From: Chrysomallon squamiferum
Taxonomy: Eukaryota; Animalia; Mollusca
Length of the DNA stretch: 64,000 bases
NCBI GenBank assembly: GCA_012295275.1
Contig: CM022675.1
Span: forward strand, 4,278,001-4,342,000
Reading direction: 5' to 3'
In this document: one piece after another, positions 1 through 15,322 of the stretch
Position numbering within the stretch: the stretch's first letter is position 1
Layout of the letters: each line of letters begins with the position of its first letter
Position numbers and translations under genes: made by a program
The notes under the pieces: model-generated
The model's input: only the letters and a program-made list of their open reading frames with translations
Told to the model about the DNA's origin: nothing
Databases searched by the model: none

Positions 1-347
1 CAGCAACTACAATTACTACATAAAAAAAAAATGTTAATTATATTTCTCCAGTGATTTCATAATTTTCACATACTTTAAAAAAAAAAAAAAATAATAATAA
101 ACAAAAAATATTGAACTGTAAACTGAGAATAAAATTAATAAAAATTACTTTAAGAATAATAAATAAATTAAATTTAAATTATGTTCTAAAAAGTCTTACA
201 AGCAATATACAACAGCAGTTAATAAAATTTAGAAATATATTAATAAATATAACAACGAACAACAACAACAAACAAAAATAATAATAAAAATATTAATAAT
301 ATTAATAATAATAATAACAATAACAATAGTAGTAATAATAATAATAA

Positions 348-397
<50 letters not shown>

Positions 398-1355
398 TAA
401 TAATAAAACAAAAAACAAAACAATAAGAAAAAAGAAACCAAACTAAATTATCATATTTTTTGAGGGAGGTTACATCAGAAAGAATTTATGTGTGATATTA
501 TTATCTGTTACCAAATTAATTATCTTGGCTCTGTGCCAAACTAATTTTCTCTGCTTACATCAGATAACTTGTCTAATGTTTCATACAAATCTGGTTTTCT
601 TCACTCACTTATCTCCCCTGTAACCACTCTTCATTGCCAGAAATTAAAGAAGTACAGAAGAAACATGGAGAATTAATTATCAAGTTTAATTAATTAATTT
701 TTATTGAATCATGGTGTAAGTTATTTTTGTTATTTGGAGGTTTTGGTTTTTTTTTTTATTGATAATTTTATTTATTATGATTAAAATAACAATTTAAAAT
801 GAATGTAATAATTTTAAAGAAAATATTTAAAATGTAAATATAAAAATAATGGATGTATTTGTAACTAAGGATGTAATGCATGAAAAACAATGAAATAAAA
901 GGAACAACTTAAGTAAAAAACTGATCTTACTTTTAAATGTTTATTGTTAACTGTATGAAATGGGTTTTTTTCTCAAATGTTAGTTTGTAACTGATCAAAC
1001 ATTTAAACATTTTTAGATTGATTTTGCTTAAAGTTACAGATTTGTGTATATTAAAATTATACTCATTATATACATACACTCAAAAATACCATTACACACA
1101 CACATACACAAACCATTTCATATTTTGAGTATTTGTATTTCACTGTTTTTAGTGTACAGATAAAGTGAAAATCTTTGTTACATTAAATATTACATTTTAA
1201 CAATAATGAAAATATCTTAATACCTTTTAGTATTTCTTACTTTTTATTATTATATGTATGTTTTTTTTTATAATTATTTAATTTTTTTATTATTAATTTT
1301 TAGTTTTATTTTTTTTCCTCTATGACAGCTGCTTACCAGTAGCAGTTGATAACAG

Positions 1356-1368
1356 GTTGCTAGGCAAC
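1356..1368. promoter_or_regulatory. RFX X-box GTTGCTAGGCAAC
   Basis: Matches the RFX palindromic consensus GTTRCY-N1-3-RGYAAC; identical copy at 16070. Confidence 0.55.
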
Positions 1369-1769
1369 GCAAATATTTATGGAAGATGTTGAAATGTTTT
1401 TTATCATTTCAGAGAGAGACTGATAATGAAAAAAGATAACAAATGATTTTTTTCTTTCTTTCATCACCAAATTTTTATCTCAAAAACATAAAAACGCATT
1501 TTGTTAATCACAGTTTCTCATTATCTATTTCTCTCTGTATGTGTGTCTGTGTGTGTGCGTGTATTTATGTGTGTTACTATTTATTTTTCTGCTTATATAT
1601 CATATTCTTTACATTTAGAATATTCCAAGCATAAAATAACTTTGTTGTTTAGGATTTGTTAATTTTCATATTAACATTATTTATTTTATTATATTAATTT
1701 TTAATTTTTTTTATTATTTTATTTTTACTTTATTCTTTTATGTTTTAATTTTTTTGTTAATTATTATTA

Positions 1770-2347
1770 TTATTATTATTATCTTTGTTGTTGTTACTGC
1801 TATCATTACTGTTATTGTTATTATTACTACTCTGTTATTTATTATTATCATACAACAGCTGGGAACTTGTCTTACAGTAGAAAGATAAAATAAATATTTT
1901 ACATGTCCACTGTTAGCTGAATATTTATTTCTTGTTTAATAATTTTTGTGAAAATGAACAATATTTTATTACAATTAAACTGTATATAATTTATAACACA
2001 ACTGTTTTAACAGATCTCTCATTTTACACAGAAGTATTTTCATTTACAGTATAAGGCAAACTGTTTAAATATGAGAGTGATCAAAAGTGAAAATAACAAT
2101 TAGATAATTACAATTAAAGCAGTTATTTAGTAACATTAAAAAAGCTTTTAATTAAAGGAAATCTTAGGAAGTAGAACTACATAATCATGTTTAATATCAT
2201 TAATATATGAAGAATACATACAGAAATGTTTATTTAACAAAGTTTGAAATGGAGGACATGCACTAATTACATTACATTTTCTGTCAGATAAAACAAAGAC
2301 ATCATCTGCTACCATATCACTCAGTTTACAAATTTTGGTTAAATTTT
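1770..2347 (-). repeat. ~580-bp repeat, inverted copy of 39969-40562
   Basis: Long colinear reverse-complement match, e.g. caacagctgggaacttgtcttacagtagaaag vs ctttctactgtaagacaagttcccagctgttg. Confidence 0.95.
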
Positions 2348-2398
2348 TATTTTATTTTATTTTATTTTATTTTTTTCCCCCATTAAACTGTGTTTCAG

Positions 2399-2439
2399 GT
2401 ACAGGAAATTCAATATGATGCCCCCCTCCCAGCACAAAG
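2399..2439 (+). CDS. Probable first coding exon of tau-like gene (ATG at 2415, MMPPSQHK)
   Basis: tgtttcag acceptor ends at 2398. The AAG|gtgtca donor is phase 1, matching the phase-1 start of the 3784 exon. The donor is weak. Confidence 0.5.
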
Positions 2440-2486
2440 GTGTCAATTATTTTGATAGACTCCAGTTATTATTTTTATTTATTTTA

Positions 2487-2562
<76 letters not shown>

Positions 2563-3114
2563 TATTTATTTATTTTATTATTATTATTTTGATTTAATTT
2601 ATATATTTATTTTATCTGTCATTTGCTTTTGTTGTTGTTGTTATTACATTTATATAATATTTTAATTATTTTATTTTAATTAATTACATTTTTTTGCTTT
2701 ATTTTATTTTAATATATGTCATTTTTACTTTATTTTACTTGACTTTATTTGTTATTCTATTGCTTTTATTATAATTATTTAATTATTATTCTAAAAATAT
2801 CTTTAATTCAGTTAGCCATTAAATTACACATTACCGGGCTGCTACTGTAGACTCAGGCTTTACACTATATTTAGCACACTGAATGACCTCTGAGCTAAAA
2901 TGATATCTAACAGACACTAATAGTCTACTGACGTTAGTTGTTTTGAAAACATTCAGTAAAACTTGTAACATACACAATTTAAAACACATGTTCCTGTATG
3001 TAATTATAGCAGTGATTGTTATAAAGAAAATCTGTTTCAAATTATGTAAATATTTTTACTTATGTTATTTTTAGATTTAAAGGAAATCATTAAAGAAATA
3101 AACTTTATTTCTTT

Positions 3115-3146
<32 letters not shown>

Positions 3147-3733
3147 CTTTATTTTTGTTTTTGTGTTTTGTTTTATTTAATTTTATTTTTTTTTTTTTTT
3201 TTTTTTTGTTTGTTTGTTTTTTTGTTTCATTTTACTTTACTTTAATTTAATACTATTTAATTTAAAAAAAAAACAGAAAGGAAAAAATAAGAAATATGCA
3301 AATAACCTCAGGAAAATAATATAATGGCCTTTGATTGAGCATGGATTTTTTATTTGTTTATGTTTCCATAGGAGCATTATTTTATTTGTATTTAACAAAT
3401 TATTAAGTTTGTTTCTTTTTTATGTCTTACTTCACAGTAAAATGTGTTATTAAATTATTATTATTATTATTTAGTTGTTGTTGTTGTTGTGATGATAATC
3501 ATTGTCAAATGACAACAGGCTTTCTTTTGTTTATATATTTAGATTTTTTTATTATTATTATTATTTTTACTTTTTAATATTAAAATTGTTTTCTTTGTAG
3601 TTATTTGTATTTTATTCTGAAACCTTGCTGCAGTTTTTACAGAAAAAAGCTGTGTCAGAACCTTTTTATAATATACACTTATTTATTCATTTTCTTTTAA
3701 TTAATTAATTTATTTGTTTGTTTATATTTTTGT

Positions 3734-3780
<47 letters not shown>

Positions 3781-5311
3781 CAGAAATGTCTGCTCAAGTG
3801 AATGGGGATTTGAACATGGATCCTGGAATGCAGATGGAAAATGGAATGGACACATACATGCAGCAACAACAACAACAACAACAACAACCGCAGCAGCAGC
3901 ACAAAGGTGACCCAATGCAGGCCTCTTTCCACCAGGACTCTTCATACTCCAACCCCTTCGCTGAACCCTACAGCAACAACATACCCATTCCAGAAGGCGT
4001 TCTCATTGATTTCGGTCAGCAGCAACAACAACAACAACAACAACAACAGCCTGACACGATGACAGTGCCGTCAAGCCCCCACCAGATGTCTGAGATGCTG
4101 CACCCTCAGAAGAATGAGATGGTGAAAGAAAACAGCTATCAGAACTCGCACAAACAGTCAGGGGTGGGGGGTGGCCAGCCAGGGGTGGAAACCGATCTGG
4201 ACACCTGCAGGAATGAAAACACGAACAGCGTGGTCGGCATGGCAACAGGTGTTTACGACGAGTGTCACGGAAACGAAACGTCGCGGATGACTGGTCGGGA
4301 TTACTCCACGCTGACACAGAGAGAGGTGAATGCAGCAGCAGCGTCTAACCAGCGAGATGAGCGGAACAATGAGACAAGTTCACTGAGCGCGCTCAGCGAT
4401 CAGCCGGGATTAGGGTCAGCAGTGGTGGGGGGCGGTGAGCGGACAGTCGGGATGGAGGCAGGCGACACGATGGAGGGAGAGGTTTCACGTGACGGACGTG
4501 AAAAAGTGAATTCCGATGACAGACGAACGCTGTACGGAACTGTGGACAGTGGGGGGATTCCGCAGAAGCTGGTTTCCCTCGAGAAGGGGACGGAGAACCG
4601 TGTGTTAGCAGCGAGCAAAGTGGAGGAGAGGAAGAGAGAAGAAACCAGCTGCAAAGACCAGTATGCTGGGTTGTCCCAGAGTGAAGTGGGATCTGTTCAG
4701 GCTGGGGGAAGCAAGTCACATTCTGAACAGGTTTCATCTGTGACCGTTAATGGACACACCACAACCACTGTGGTCAGGTCAGAGGACAAGGACAAGGATA
4801 AGGATAAGGATAAGGATAAACTGGCTGAAAGGCCAAGGGAGAAGAAAAGTGGATTACCGTCTCCGAAGAGGTCTGGATTACCAACTCGTTCCTCCAAGCC
4901 AGTTTCCACTGCTCCCACCATCTCGGCTAAAGGGTGGGACTCAACAGTGGTGATCCCACCCAAACCACGCCCACTCAGTGCTTTAATTACACCTAAAAAT
5001 ATGCAAGGTAATGTCTGCTTGTCTGTCTGTCGGTCGCTTATATGTCTGTTTGCCAGTCATAACTATGTCTGTATCATTTGTCTGTAATTTTGTCCATCTG
5101 TAACAAAACACAGCCTCTCAATACTTTAATAACATAGAGATATTTATTTATTTATTTATTTATTTATGTATTTATTTTTTTGTTTGTTTGTTTGTTTGTT
5201 TGTTTATGTTCTTATTTATTTATTTATTTATTCATAAATTTGTTTATTTGTTTGTTTATTTGTTTGTTTATTTGTTTATTTATCCATTATTTTATTTATT
5301 TATTTATTTTC

Positions 5312-5359
<48 letters not shown>

Positions 5360-5710
5360 ACACTCAGTTCCTCTGTTTGTGTGTAAATGTTTGAAGTGTT
5401 CAGAGACTTGTTACATCTGTTACTGAATATCTTCCCTGACCTATTTTTTACACCTGATGCAGGTAAAATTCAGGTAAATCTCGTTGAATGTGTTTATGTT
5501 TCACATATTTGTATTCATATGACTTTGTACTTAGGTAATTTTATACTGCTTCCGTGGTTCACTGAACAACATGGACAAACCTCTATATTTAGGACAAGCT
5601 AGGAAATTAAATGGATGTTATTGAATGTTTTTTGGTTATTTTATTATTTTATATATGTGTGTGTGTGTGTGTATTTTGTCTGTGTACGAGTGTGTGTGTG
5701 TGTGTATGAC

Positions 5711-5770
<60 letters not shown>

Positions 5771-6691
5771 TATACATATACAGATATAAAATGAATTTAC
5801 TTACTTATATTTCTCTATAACTTCTGTTAGTACTTCTATTTATACTACTGACTATTTTAAAACAGGTAAATAAAAGTTAAAGTAAATAATAATGATAATA
5901 ATAATTAAAAGAACAATAACAACAATAATAAATCTTCAAAACTGTCTTTCTGTGTTGATTTTTAAACATAATGTGTAGTTTAAAATTTAATTTTCTATAT
6001 ATATCAAAAAAGCATTTATTCTTTCATTCTTTTTCTTTCTTCTAATCTGTGATAAATTATATTTACTTAAAAGGTTTTATTTAAAATATTATATAAATTC
6101 ATTTACTGAATATACGAAACAAACCTATTAAAGGTAATTTTTTTAAAAATATATATTACAGTAGTGTTAATACTAATACCATATATTTTTGAAATAAATT
6201 TTTTTAAAACATTTTTTTAAATTTATTTTTCAGAAGAACCCCCACAAAGAACTCGGCCAAGTTCTGCGAAATCGGTGAGTTTAAAATTTTCATTTTTCAG
6301 TCTGTTGTGTCCAGTGACTGGACTTAACTCAATGATAAAACATTCAAGTGATGTTTAATTGATACAGGATCAATTCCCAACAGTAGACAGATTGAGATAT
6401 TTCTCATTCCAACAAGTGCTTCATATCTGGTATAAAGGGGTTATGGTAGGTTCTGTCCTGTTTGTGGGTTGGTGTGTAAATAGGTTTTGCTTGCTGCTGA
6501 TTGTAAAGAGTAGGATGTTGAATGTTGTTTCTTTTCTAAATCTACATGTGTGACTCATAATGATGTAAATTCTACATGTTGTGTGTGTCATTAATTAAAT
6601 ATTATCATCATCATCATCATCATTCTTTTATATTTCATGTTATTTAACTTTGTTCACATAATAGAGCATCATGAGACTGCAGTATTTCTAA

Positions 6692-6727
<36 letters not shown>

Positions 6728-7481
6728 ATGTGTGTGTGGGTGGTGTATGAATATGTTTTGTGTTTTGTAAATGTGTATATATGTGTTTGATGTGTTTGTG
6801 TAAATGTGTATATGTTTGGTGTGTATGTATAGCATGTATGTGTTTGACTTTGTGTGTGGGTCTGTATATGTGTTTGTGTGTGTACAGAGAGAGAGAAAAA
6901 AGTATGAATAGAAGAGACATAGATTAGTCATAATGAAACAAAGAAATCTGATATAAAAAAATATATATATATTTACATAGTTTTCTTCTTTGACTTTTTC
7001 TGTATCTATCTGTATTTTAATCTGTTTCTTGTAGCTTGTGATCTACATAAAAATAAAATTCCATTTAATGTCAGGCAGCATACAAATCAAAAGGGTATCA
7101 ACAGGAGATTATAAACAGTTCTGTGTAATAATAAAAACCTGTTAAAACAGTGAAGTAGCAGCTTCTTACACCTGAATTAAAGACTGAGTAACGTAACTGA
7201 AATCCTCCATCTCTGCTGAAGAGATACAGTCCAGGTTAATTTAACAAATATCTTATAAAGACTGAGTAATTTTTTAATTTTTATTTTGAGAATATTTTTA
7301 TTAATTTTACATTTTTATAATTCCATTTGTCTCTTATTTGATTTTAGCACATATTTAGATAAGCACTTACAAAATATAGAAGAAATAATTTTGCTTACAA
7401 AGAAAATATTTTTGTTGTTACATTTGTTTCATTGGCTTCGTTTACAAGTTTTCTAATAGTTACATATTTAGCTTTTTATTT

Positions 7482-7533
<52 letters not shown>

Positions 7534-8164
7534 GTATTTAATAATTATTTCATTTAATTTGCCTAAGACTCATTTGATCTAGGTTTTGCCTTATGAAATA
7601 CATATAATTACTTTTAATTCAACTGTTATGTTAAATCATAAGAAACTAAAGTAAAAAAAATATAATATATACCATTTTAAACAATTACTTTTATATTTAA
7701 ATTCTTTTCTCATTTTTATATTTATTCTTTCTTTCTTTTCTTTTGTTGCTCATACAAATATTAATATTTAATATTTTTTGATAGTAAAAAAATTTACTTT
7801 GTCTGAGATAAATAAAAATACCTGTCGCATGCTTTGATCTCTGTATCTGCCACTCAAGACTTAACCACTTTGTGTCACAGTAGCAGGTAGTCATGGTGAT
7901 TCAAGTTTTATTTTTGTATTGTTAGTGAACATTCTTGTCAAACCATGACAACAGAAACCTGGTCTGCTGACCTCCAAGTTTCTTTATCTTTTTTTCTTTG
8001 TTTACACAATACCTGTCCTTTACCTGTCCACCTTGTATCACCTGGGTTTACCTGGTTACCTGACATCACCTGTCAGTTTTACCTGTCTGCCTGATGTTAC
8101 CTGTTTCTTTTACCTGGACTATACATTTTATTTTAAAATGGAAGCTTTATGGAACTTTTTTTTT

Positions 8165-8195
<31 letters not shown>

Positions 8196-8567
8196 ATTAT
8201 TATTATTTTCATCATCTTCATCATTATTAATTATTTACTTAATTATTTATTAACTAAAATATCAATATTTTATCTTTAGATAAAAAATCCCAATTAATTT
8301 TTATATAAAATGCCAATAATATCTTTAGTTGTTATGTTCTAATTTTCAGAAACAGTTGGTCAGTTAAATTACCTCCCTTTGAACACTCTTTATGTAAAAC
8401 GTACACACTCCTTGAGGTTCATTACTTTATAGAACCCAGCAAAGACCATTAATTGTGTGTTTCTTCTCTGTTGTACTTGTATATGTTTCTCTATATAAAA
8501 ATGATTATATTTGCAAGATATCTTTTATTATTTTGATTCTTTCATTTTTTTCCTATATTTTTTAAAT

Positions 8568-8602
<35 letters not shown>

Positions 8603-11242
8603 CATTGTACTTTTGTTTATTTATTTATGTATCTTTTTTATTTTTTTTTTTTTTTTTTTTTTCCTTTTTTCTTTCAATGTGTCAATCTGAAGATTTTTGG
8701 GTTTTGTTTTTTAATCTTTCTTCGTTTTTACTCTTTTTTTGTCTTTTTCTTTCGGTAATCTTTCTCTTTATCTCTTCTTGTTTTTTTCTTTCTTTATTTC
8801 TGTCTAGATTTATGGCTGGTTCAGTTACACAACAGGGTATTAAACAGAACACAGAGTAAACTGACAATAATATTAAACACTTAAACAAGTCTTCTTGTAT
8901 CAACTAGAATATCTGTTTATCAATAAATCAAGTGTTAAACCCCACCAGGGCCCCACTCTACACCAGACATCCTACTGTAAATTGTAATTTATGTTATCAT
9001 TACTGTCATTAAATCTACTTTTTAAAATCTTATTTTATTTTATTTTAATCTCTTACTTGACATTTAAGTTTTTTTATATTTTTTTTTTTTTTGTTTTAAT
9101 TATTTATTTTTGATTATTATCTCATATTTATTTCAGATTGTTTTTAATTATTGTTGTTGTTATTATTATTCTTATTATTACTGTTACTATTGTTTCTTCT
9201 AGTACTTCTGCTACTACTACTATACTATTACTACTATTACTACTCTATTACCACTACTACTATTACAACTATTGCCACTACTACAACTGTTATTATATTA
9301 TTACTACTATACTATTACAATTACTACTAATACAACTATTATTATTGTATTATTACTATTATACTATTACAATTACTACTACTGCTACTACTACTGTTTT
9401 TATTATTATTATTATTATTTTAGTAGTAGTACTACTGCTACTGTTACTACTGGAAAACAGTCATATGGAAATCATCCTCAACAGGGCCCCACTATTACCT
9501 GAAACATTCCACTGAGGAGCCATAATTTTATTTGACCAAACCTCAACAAGGCCCCTCTGACATGTAAAATGTGGACATACAAGTTATAGTTTTGTATTAA
9601 ACAAACCCAAATAAGGCCTCACAGTCAGGACAGTTAAAAGTTGTACTAAATTGTAACTGTGTCATTTTTGTTCATTTTTTTCGAGAACATCTTTCAGGAT
9701 TAAGAAAGTTCTTCATGTTACTGGTTTATTTTGCAGTTTTGTTTATTAATTAATTGGATTATCTGCACAACTCAGGTGTAATTACAATGTCACAGGTAAA
9801 AAAAATTAAATTAATTTTAATTGTTTAAAACTTGTTATTGGTATTTACTTTTTAACTTTACTTCTCACCTTTTTTGTTAATCTCTTTTCCTTCGTTTTTA
9901 AATTTATTTAATAATTATTTCTTAGTAACTTCTTATTGTAAAAATATTTCATGTTATTATACAATTAATATGAATTTCATAGGTAATAATTATTTTAAAA
10001 CATACGAAAAATGATATATATATTTCATCTTTCTTTTTTCTTTCATTCTAATGTATTTTGTGTTGGTTCTTTTGCTGTTTTATTTTTTATTTTTTTTATT
10101 TACTTTTTTTTTTATTCATGTTTTTCTAAAACGTTTTTTAAAATTGCAGTTTATTATTTATTTATTAATTTATTTAATTATGTATGTTTTATTTATATTC
10201 TACTTAGAAATTTAAAAAATAAAATTATTCATTTTAAAGAGTATTCATTTAAACATCCTATCACGTACCTTCTGTAGTATTTGCACATTGCAATTATTTT
10301 AAATATAAGTAAAAACAGTTCTGATGTACACAACAATCTAAATCAGACACACAGACACAAACAATACACACATGCATGTGTTCATACTTCTATTATCATA
10401 CATACATTCACATAAAGAATGACACACATACATATATTCAGACATATACATACACACAAGAAGCACCAACCATACATATATATATATATATATATGACAC
10501 ACACATATAACACACAGAAAAATGCACCTGTAAATACAAACTCACAATTTTATCAGAAAAACACACACACACACATAAACACATATATACCCAGAGACAT
10601 ACAGATTCACACTGACACAGGCATAAACACATATATACACCCACAGACATACCCACACACACACAACACACACACACACACACACACATATACACTGACA
10701 CACAGACACACACACACAGAGAGACACCCAGAGACAGACACACACACACACAGAGAAAGACATACACTCAAAGACAAACACAGACACACAAATGTACACA
10801 CATTCAGATGTCAACAGTTTCACCTGTATATCTATCTATACCTCAGACATTTATCTCGAGATTTCACTAGTGTCAAACCTGCCATTTTAACCCTTCTACA
10901 TCCACTTTCCCTGTTTACATCTTGTTAACAGACATTTCCTTCGTGGCTATCTCTAATCTGAGTCTATAGACTCAGCAGGTTTCCCTCCACCTGTCAACCT
11001 CCGAGGGTGAGCTCCAATCAAACCTCTTCTCTCAAGAGAGCTCGTTAAATACAGGTGAAACAAGATGATAAAGGTGAACGGTTTGTCGTTTTTGTTTTAG
11101 AAATTGTTTTGAGGCTGGGGGGGTCTTGGGAGGGGTATTTTTGTATATAACTTTGCTGACCTCATGAGAAAATATTTATTAATTTTCTAATTCTCAATTT
11201 AAAAAATTGATAAAAGTACTAGATAAGGTTTTCTTGTTGGTT

Positions 11243-11281
<39 letters not shown>

Positions 11282-12162
11282 TCATTATTATTATCAGTGT
11301 TACTATTACTATTATTATTATTATTGTCCTATTCAAGAGCATGTTACATGTATGTGTCCAGTTTTTTGTGTGTAATTATATTTTAAAAAATGTTTAGCAA
11401 TATTATAAATATTTAAATTGCATCTTTATACAACTTGACTGCAAACGTCTCTATTATAACCCAGATGACCAATTTTTTAAATTAAAAAGCTTTTCCATGT
11501 TACAGATTAATGAATCTAATAACTTTAGTGAAAATAAAATGTAAATTGTGATTTAATGAAATGAAATATTCAGATAAAGTGGATATTTTGTTAGATAAAA
11601 TAAAATTAAGATAAAAGCATTTTCGTGTTAAAGAGTTAGATGTTTACTAGAAAACTCTCTTGATATGATTCTGTTAAATGTTTTTATAATTTTCTTCAGA
11701 AAAAGAAGGAAGCTGGGGACAAAAATTTAAGGAACTATATTGATAGGGGATTTATTTTGAAAATTACTGAGTTTAATACATGACGAACATCTGTTTATAA
11801 CTTTTTTTATTTATTTATTATTCTGTCTTTAGAAGTAAGGAGATATTCTATGTCTCTGGTCCCCATCCTGTCAGAAATGGTGGGGTGGGGTGGGGTAGGG
11901 TGGGGCAGGGATGAGGTTCCCCTCAAACCCATGTTCATTATTCTTACAATACTGTGTTTAGAGTGGGTAGTCATAGCAACCAAGTTTTGTTTCCTCTTCA
12001 TTTTTAAGAATACGAAATATTGAAAAATGTTTGATTAATAATAATCAAAAAGGCATATCTTGTTATAAGATTCACCTTATTTATTGTCATTTATTTCTTT
12101 TTTTTTAAATTATAAATATTCCTTTTATTTATTTTTTTATTGTTATTGTTATTTGTAATTAT

Positions 12163-12205
<43 letters not shown>

Positions 12206-15200
12206 GCTACTACTATTACTATTATTATTATTATCATTCAGGCTGCTATTATTTCTGTATTCATTACTCCAAAATCAGTGTTCAAGTATGCCTTACCTTG
12301 TGCATACATACAATATATATGTATATATGAATGTATGTTATGTATATGTAATGTGCATGTCTGTTTGTGTGTGTATGTGTGTGTATCTGTGTGTAGTTTC
12401 AAACATAATGTTAAAATAAAAAGAACAAAAACAAATCTATGAATTGTTTTAAAATATGTTAAAATAAAAAGATAAGCAAGTTTATGAATCTAAACAACAG
12501 AAAATGAAATTAACACCTTTTATAAAAATTCTAAATTCATAACAATCTTTGCTCAAATTTAAATTACAATATATACATATAAATAGTGGCAGGGATAAAA
12601 AATATAAATATTTAAATTTCCTGCTAAATTTGTTTTCTTTTTTTTCTTTTTTTTTTATAATTGTTTGTGTTTATAATAATATTTACATTTATTACTGAAC
12701 ATTTTTACTAACATTTAAATAATTTCTGTAACTTTTGCTCTCACAAAATGAAAAGTTTTATAAGCTGTCTGAAGACAGTTTATTATTAGAAATCATTTAT
12801 AACATGTCCTTGTATCTGCACAACTAAATCATCCAATATTTATTTCTTGAAATTTACTGCAGATATTATTGCATGTATAGTTATTGATCTCAGATATTTT
12901 TATCTTTATTGTTATTATCAGATATGTCATGGGGTCATTATTCTGTTATAAATTATGACTTTCATTAGAGGTTAACCTGTGTGTGAATATATGTCTGTCT
13001 GTCTGTGTATGTGAATATATGTATGATCTTATGTGTGTATGAACATACAGATATATGTATATGTGTATGTGTATGTTTGACAAGATCTGTGTGTGTGTGT
13101 GTGTGTGGGTGTGTGTTTGAGTGTGAGTGTGTGTGTGGGTGTGTGTGTGTGGGTGTGTGTGTTTGAGTGTGTTTTTGAGTGTGTGTGTGGGTGTGTGTTT
13201 GTGTGTGTGTGTGAGTGTGTGTTTGAGTGTGTGTTTGTTTGTGTGTGTGTTTGAGTGTGAGTGTGTGTGGGTGTGTGTGTTTGTGTGTGTGTGTGTGTGT
13301 GAGAGTGAGTTAGAGTGTGTGTGTTTGTGTGTGTGAGAGAGTTAGTGTGTGTTTGTGTGTGTGAGTGTGTGTGTGTTTGTGAGAGTGAGTTAGAGTGTGT
13401 GAGTGTGTGTGTGTTTGTGGGTGTGGGTGTGTGTATGTTATAGCAGGCATGTCAAAGATGTGGCCCACAGGCTAGCAAAAATTTCTACAAATACTTTTTT
13501 AAAAAAGCATTTCAATAGTTTGTATGACTTTTGTCAAATACTTTCTTTTAGTAAAACTACTTCATTACTTTTGTATTCATGAATGTTGCTAAGTTGCTAA
13601 AACATCTAAATGCACATCTGTATCACAGATTAAGCAAAGTGCAGATGCAATGAATATAAATTGACTATAGTACATTTTTTGTTTTTTAGTTCTGTTGGTG
13701 CGGACCCAAACATTCTCAAATTTTCTTAAGACTTGAGTTTGACACCCATGTTTTATAGCACATATATAATTGTGGATGTATTTTTCAATTCTGGTTCCAA
13801 GCCCAGTACTTTGTATCTGTCAAGTACTATTTATTTAATGCAAGAAAAAATAAATAAATATAAAAACCATAAAATATCATTTTCTAAATCGGGACTATCA
13901 TTCATTCTAGTTTGTAAAAAAAAAAAAAAGTAATAATAATAAAAAATATTTATATAATAAAATAAAACAGCCATAAAAGTGTAACCTTCGAGTAGTGTTC
14001 AGCTCATTTCTTTGTCAGCTCACAACGTTTGAAGATTTTGGTTATTGATGTTGTATGAAAACTGAATACAAATCAGGTTCATTGCTGTTGTAACTGTGAG
14101 AGAGAGAGAGAAATCTCTGTGAAGTGAGCAGTACAAAGTTTTACTAATCTTTTCTTGTGTGATGTGTAACACTGACATAGTTGTATGTGTGTATATGTGT
14201 GTGTGTATGTGTGTGTGTTTGAGTGTGTATGTGAGTGTGTGAGCATGAGAGAAATCTCTGTGACATTGTGAGCAGTACAAAGTTTTACTACTCTTTTCTT
14301 ATGTGATGTGTAACACTGACATAGTTGTGTGTGTGTGTGTGTTGTGTGTTTGTGTGTGTCTGTGTGTGTCTCTGTATGTGTGTGTGTGTGTTTGAGAGAG
14401 AAATCTCTGTGACGTGAGCAGTACAAAATTTTACTAATCTTTTCTTATGTGATGTGTAACAGTGACATAGTTGTGTGTGTGTGTGTGAGTGTGTGTATGT
14501 GTGTGTGTTTGTGTGTGTCTGTGTGTGTCTGTGTATGTGTGTGTGTTTGTGTGTGTGAGAGAGAAATCTCTGTGATGTTGTGAGCAGTACAAAGTTTTAC
14601 TAATCTTTTCTTATGTGATGTGTAACACTGACATAGTTGTGTGTGTGTGTGTGTTGTGTGTGTGAGTGTGTGTGTGTTTGTGTGTGTATGTCTGTGTGTG
14701 TGTCAGTGTGTGTGTGTGTATGTGTTTGTGCATGTGAGTGTGTGTTTGTGTGTCGGTGTGTGAGTGTGTGTCTGTATGTGTGTGTGTGTGTCTGAGTATG
14801 TGTTGTCTGTGTGTGAGTATGTGTGTGTGTGTGTGAGTATGTGTGTGTGTGTGAAAGTATGTGTGTGGATGTGTGAATGTGTGTGTGAGTATGTGTGTGT
14901 GTGTGCATGTGTGAGTGTGTGTCTGTGTGTGTGTGAGTGGTGAGAGAGAAATCTATGTGTGACATTATAAAATGAATGTGATTTGTATGTGTACATATAT
15001 AATTTCATTTACATTTATATATAGATATAGATACAGATATAGATGTGTATGTATGTATATATTATTTCATTTACTTTTCAATAATCCTCTAACAACTTTG
15101 GAAATGTAATTCAATATTTCTGACCTGTAGTAAACCTGAATTTTTCAATTAGCAGCAAAGGATGTTTTGTGTTTACTCCCTGCCATGGACAGGAAAAAAA

Positions 15201-15291
15201 AATCTATTTTTGATTTCACCAGTTATACAGAGACAGGTGGAAGATCCCAAACATAAATTTGACCACTGCATGATTTATCAGTTTTTTAATT

Positions 15292-15322
<31 letters not shown>

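Noticed and set aside
8808-8840. Possible small exon after a long pyrimidine tract (tgtctag|ATTTATGGC...)
   Set aside because: Weak donor, no recognisable peptide, and not needed for frame continuity.
10930-11075. GC-richer patch with a CCGAGG|gtgagc donor, a possible extra tau exon
   Set aside because: No acceptor/donor pair gave a stop-free exon compatible with the phase-0 neighbours; it could be non-coding but is unsupported.
14100-14965. CRISPR-like pattern of constant repeats with variable spacers
   Set aside because: Eukaryotic context, ~75-bp core, spacers are (TG)n microsatellite of variable length, and no cas genes.
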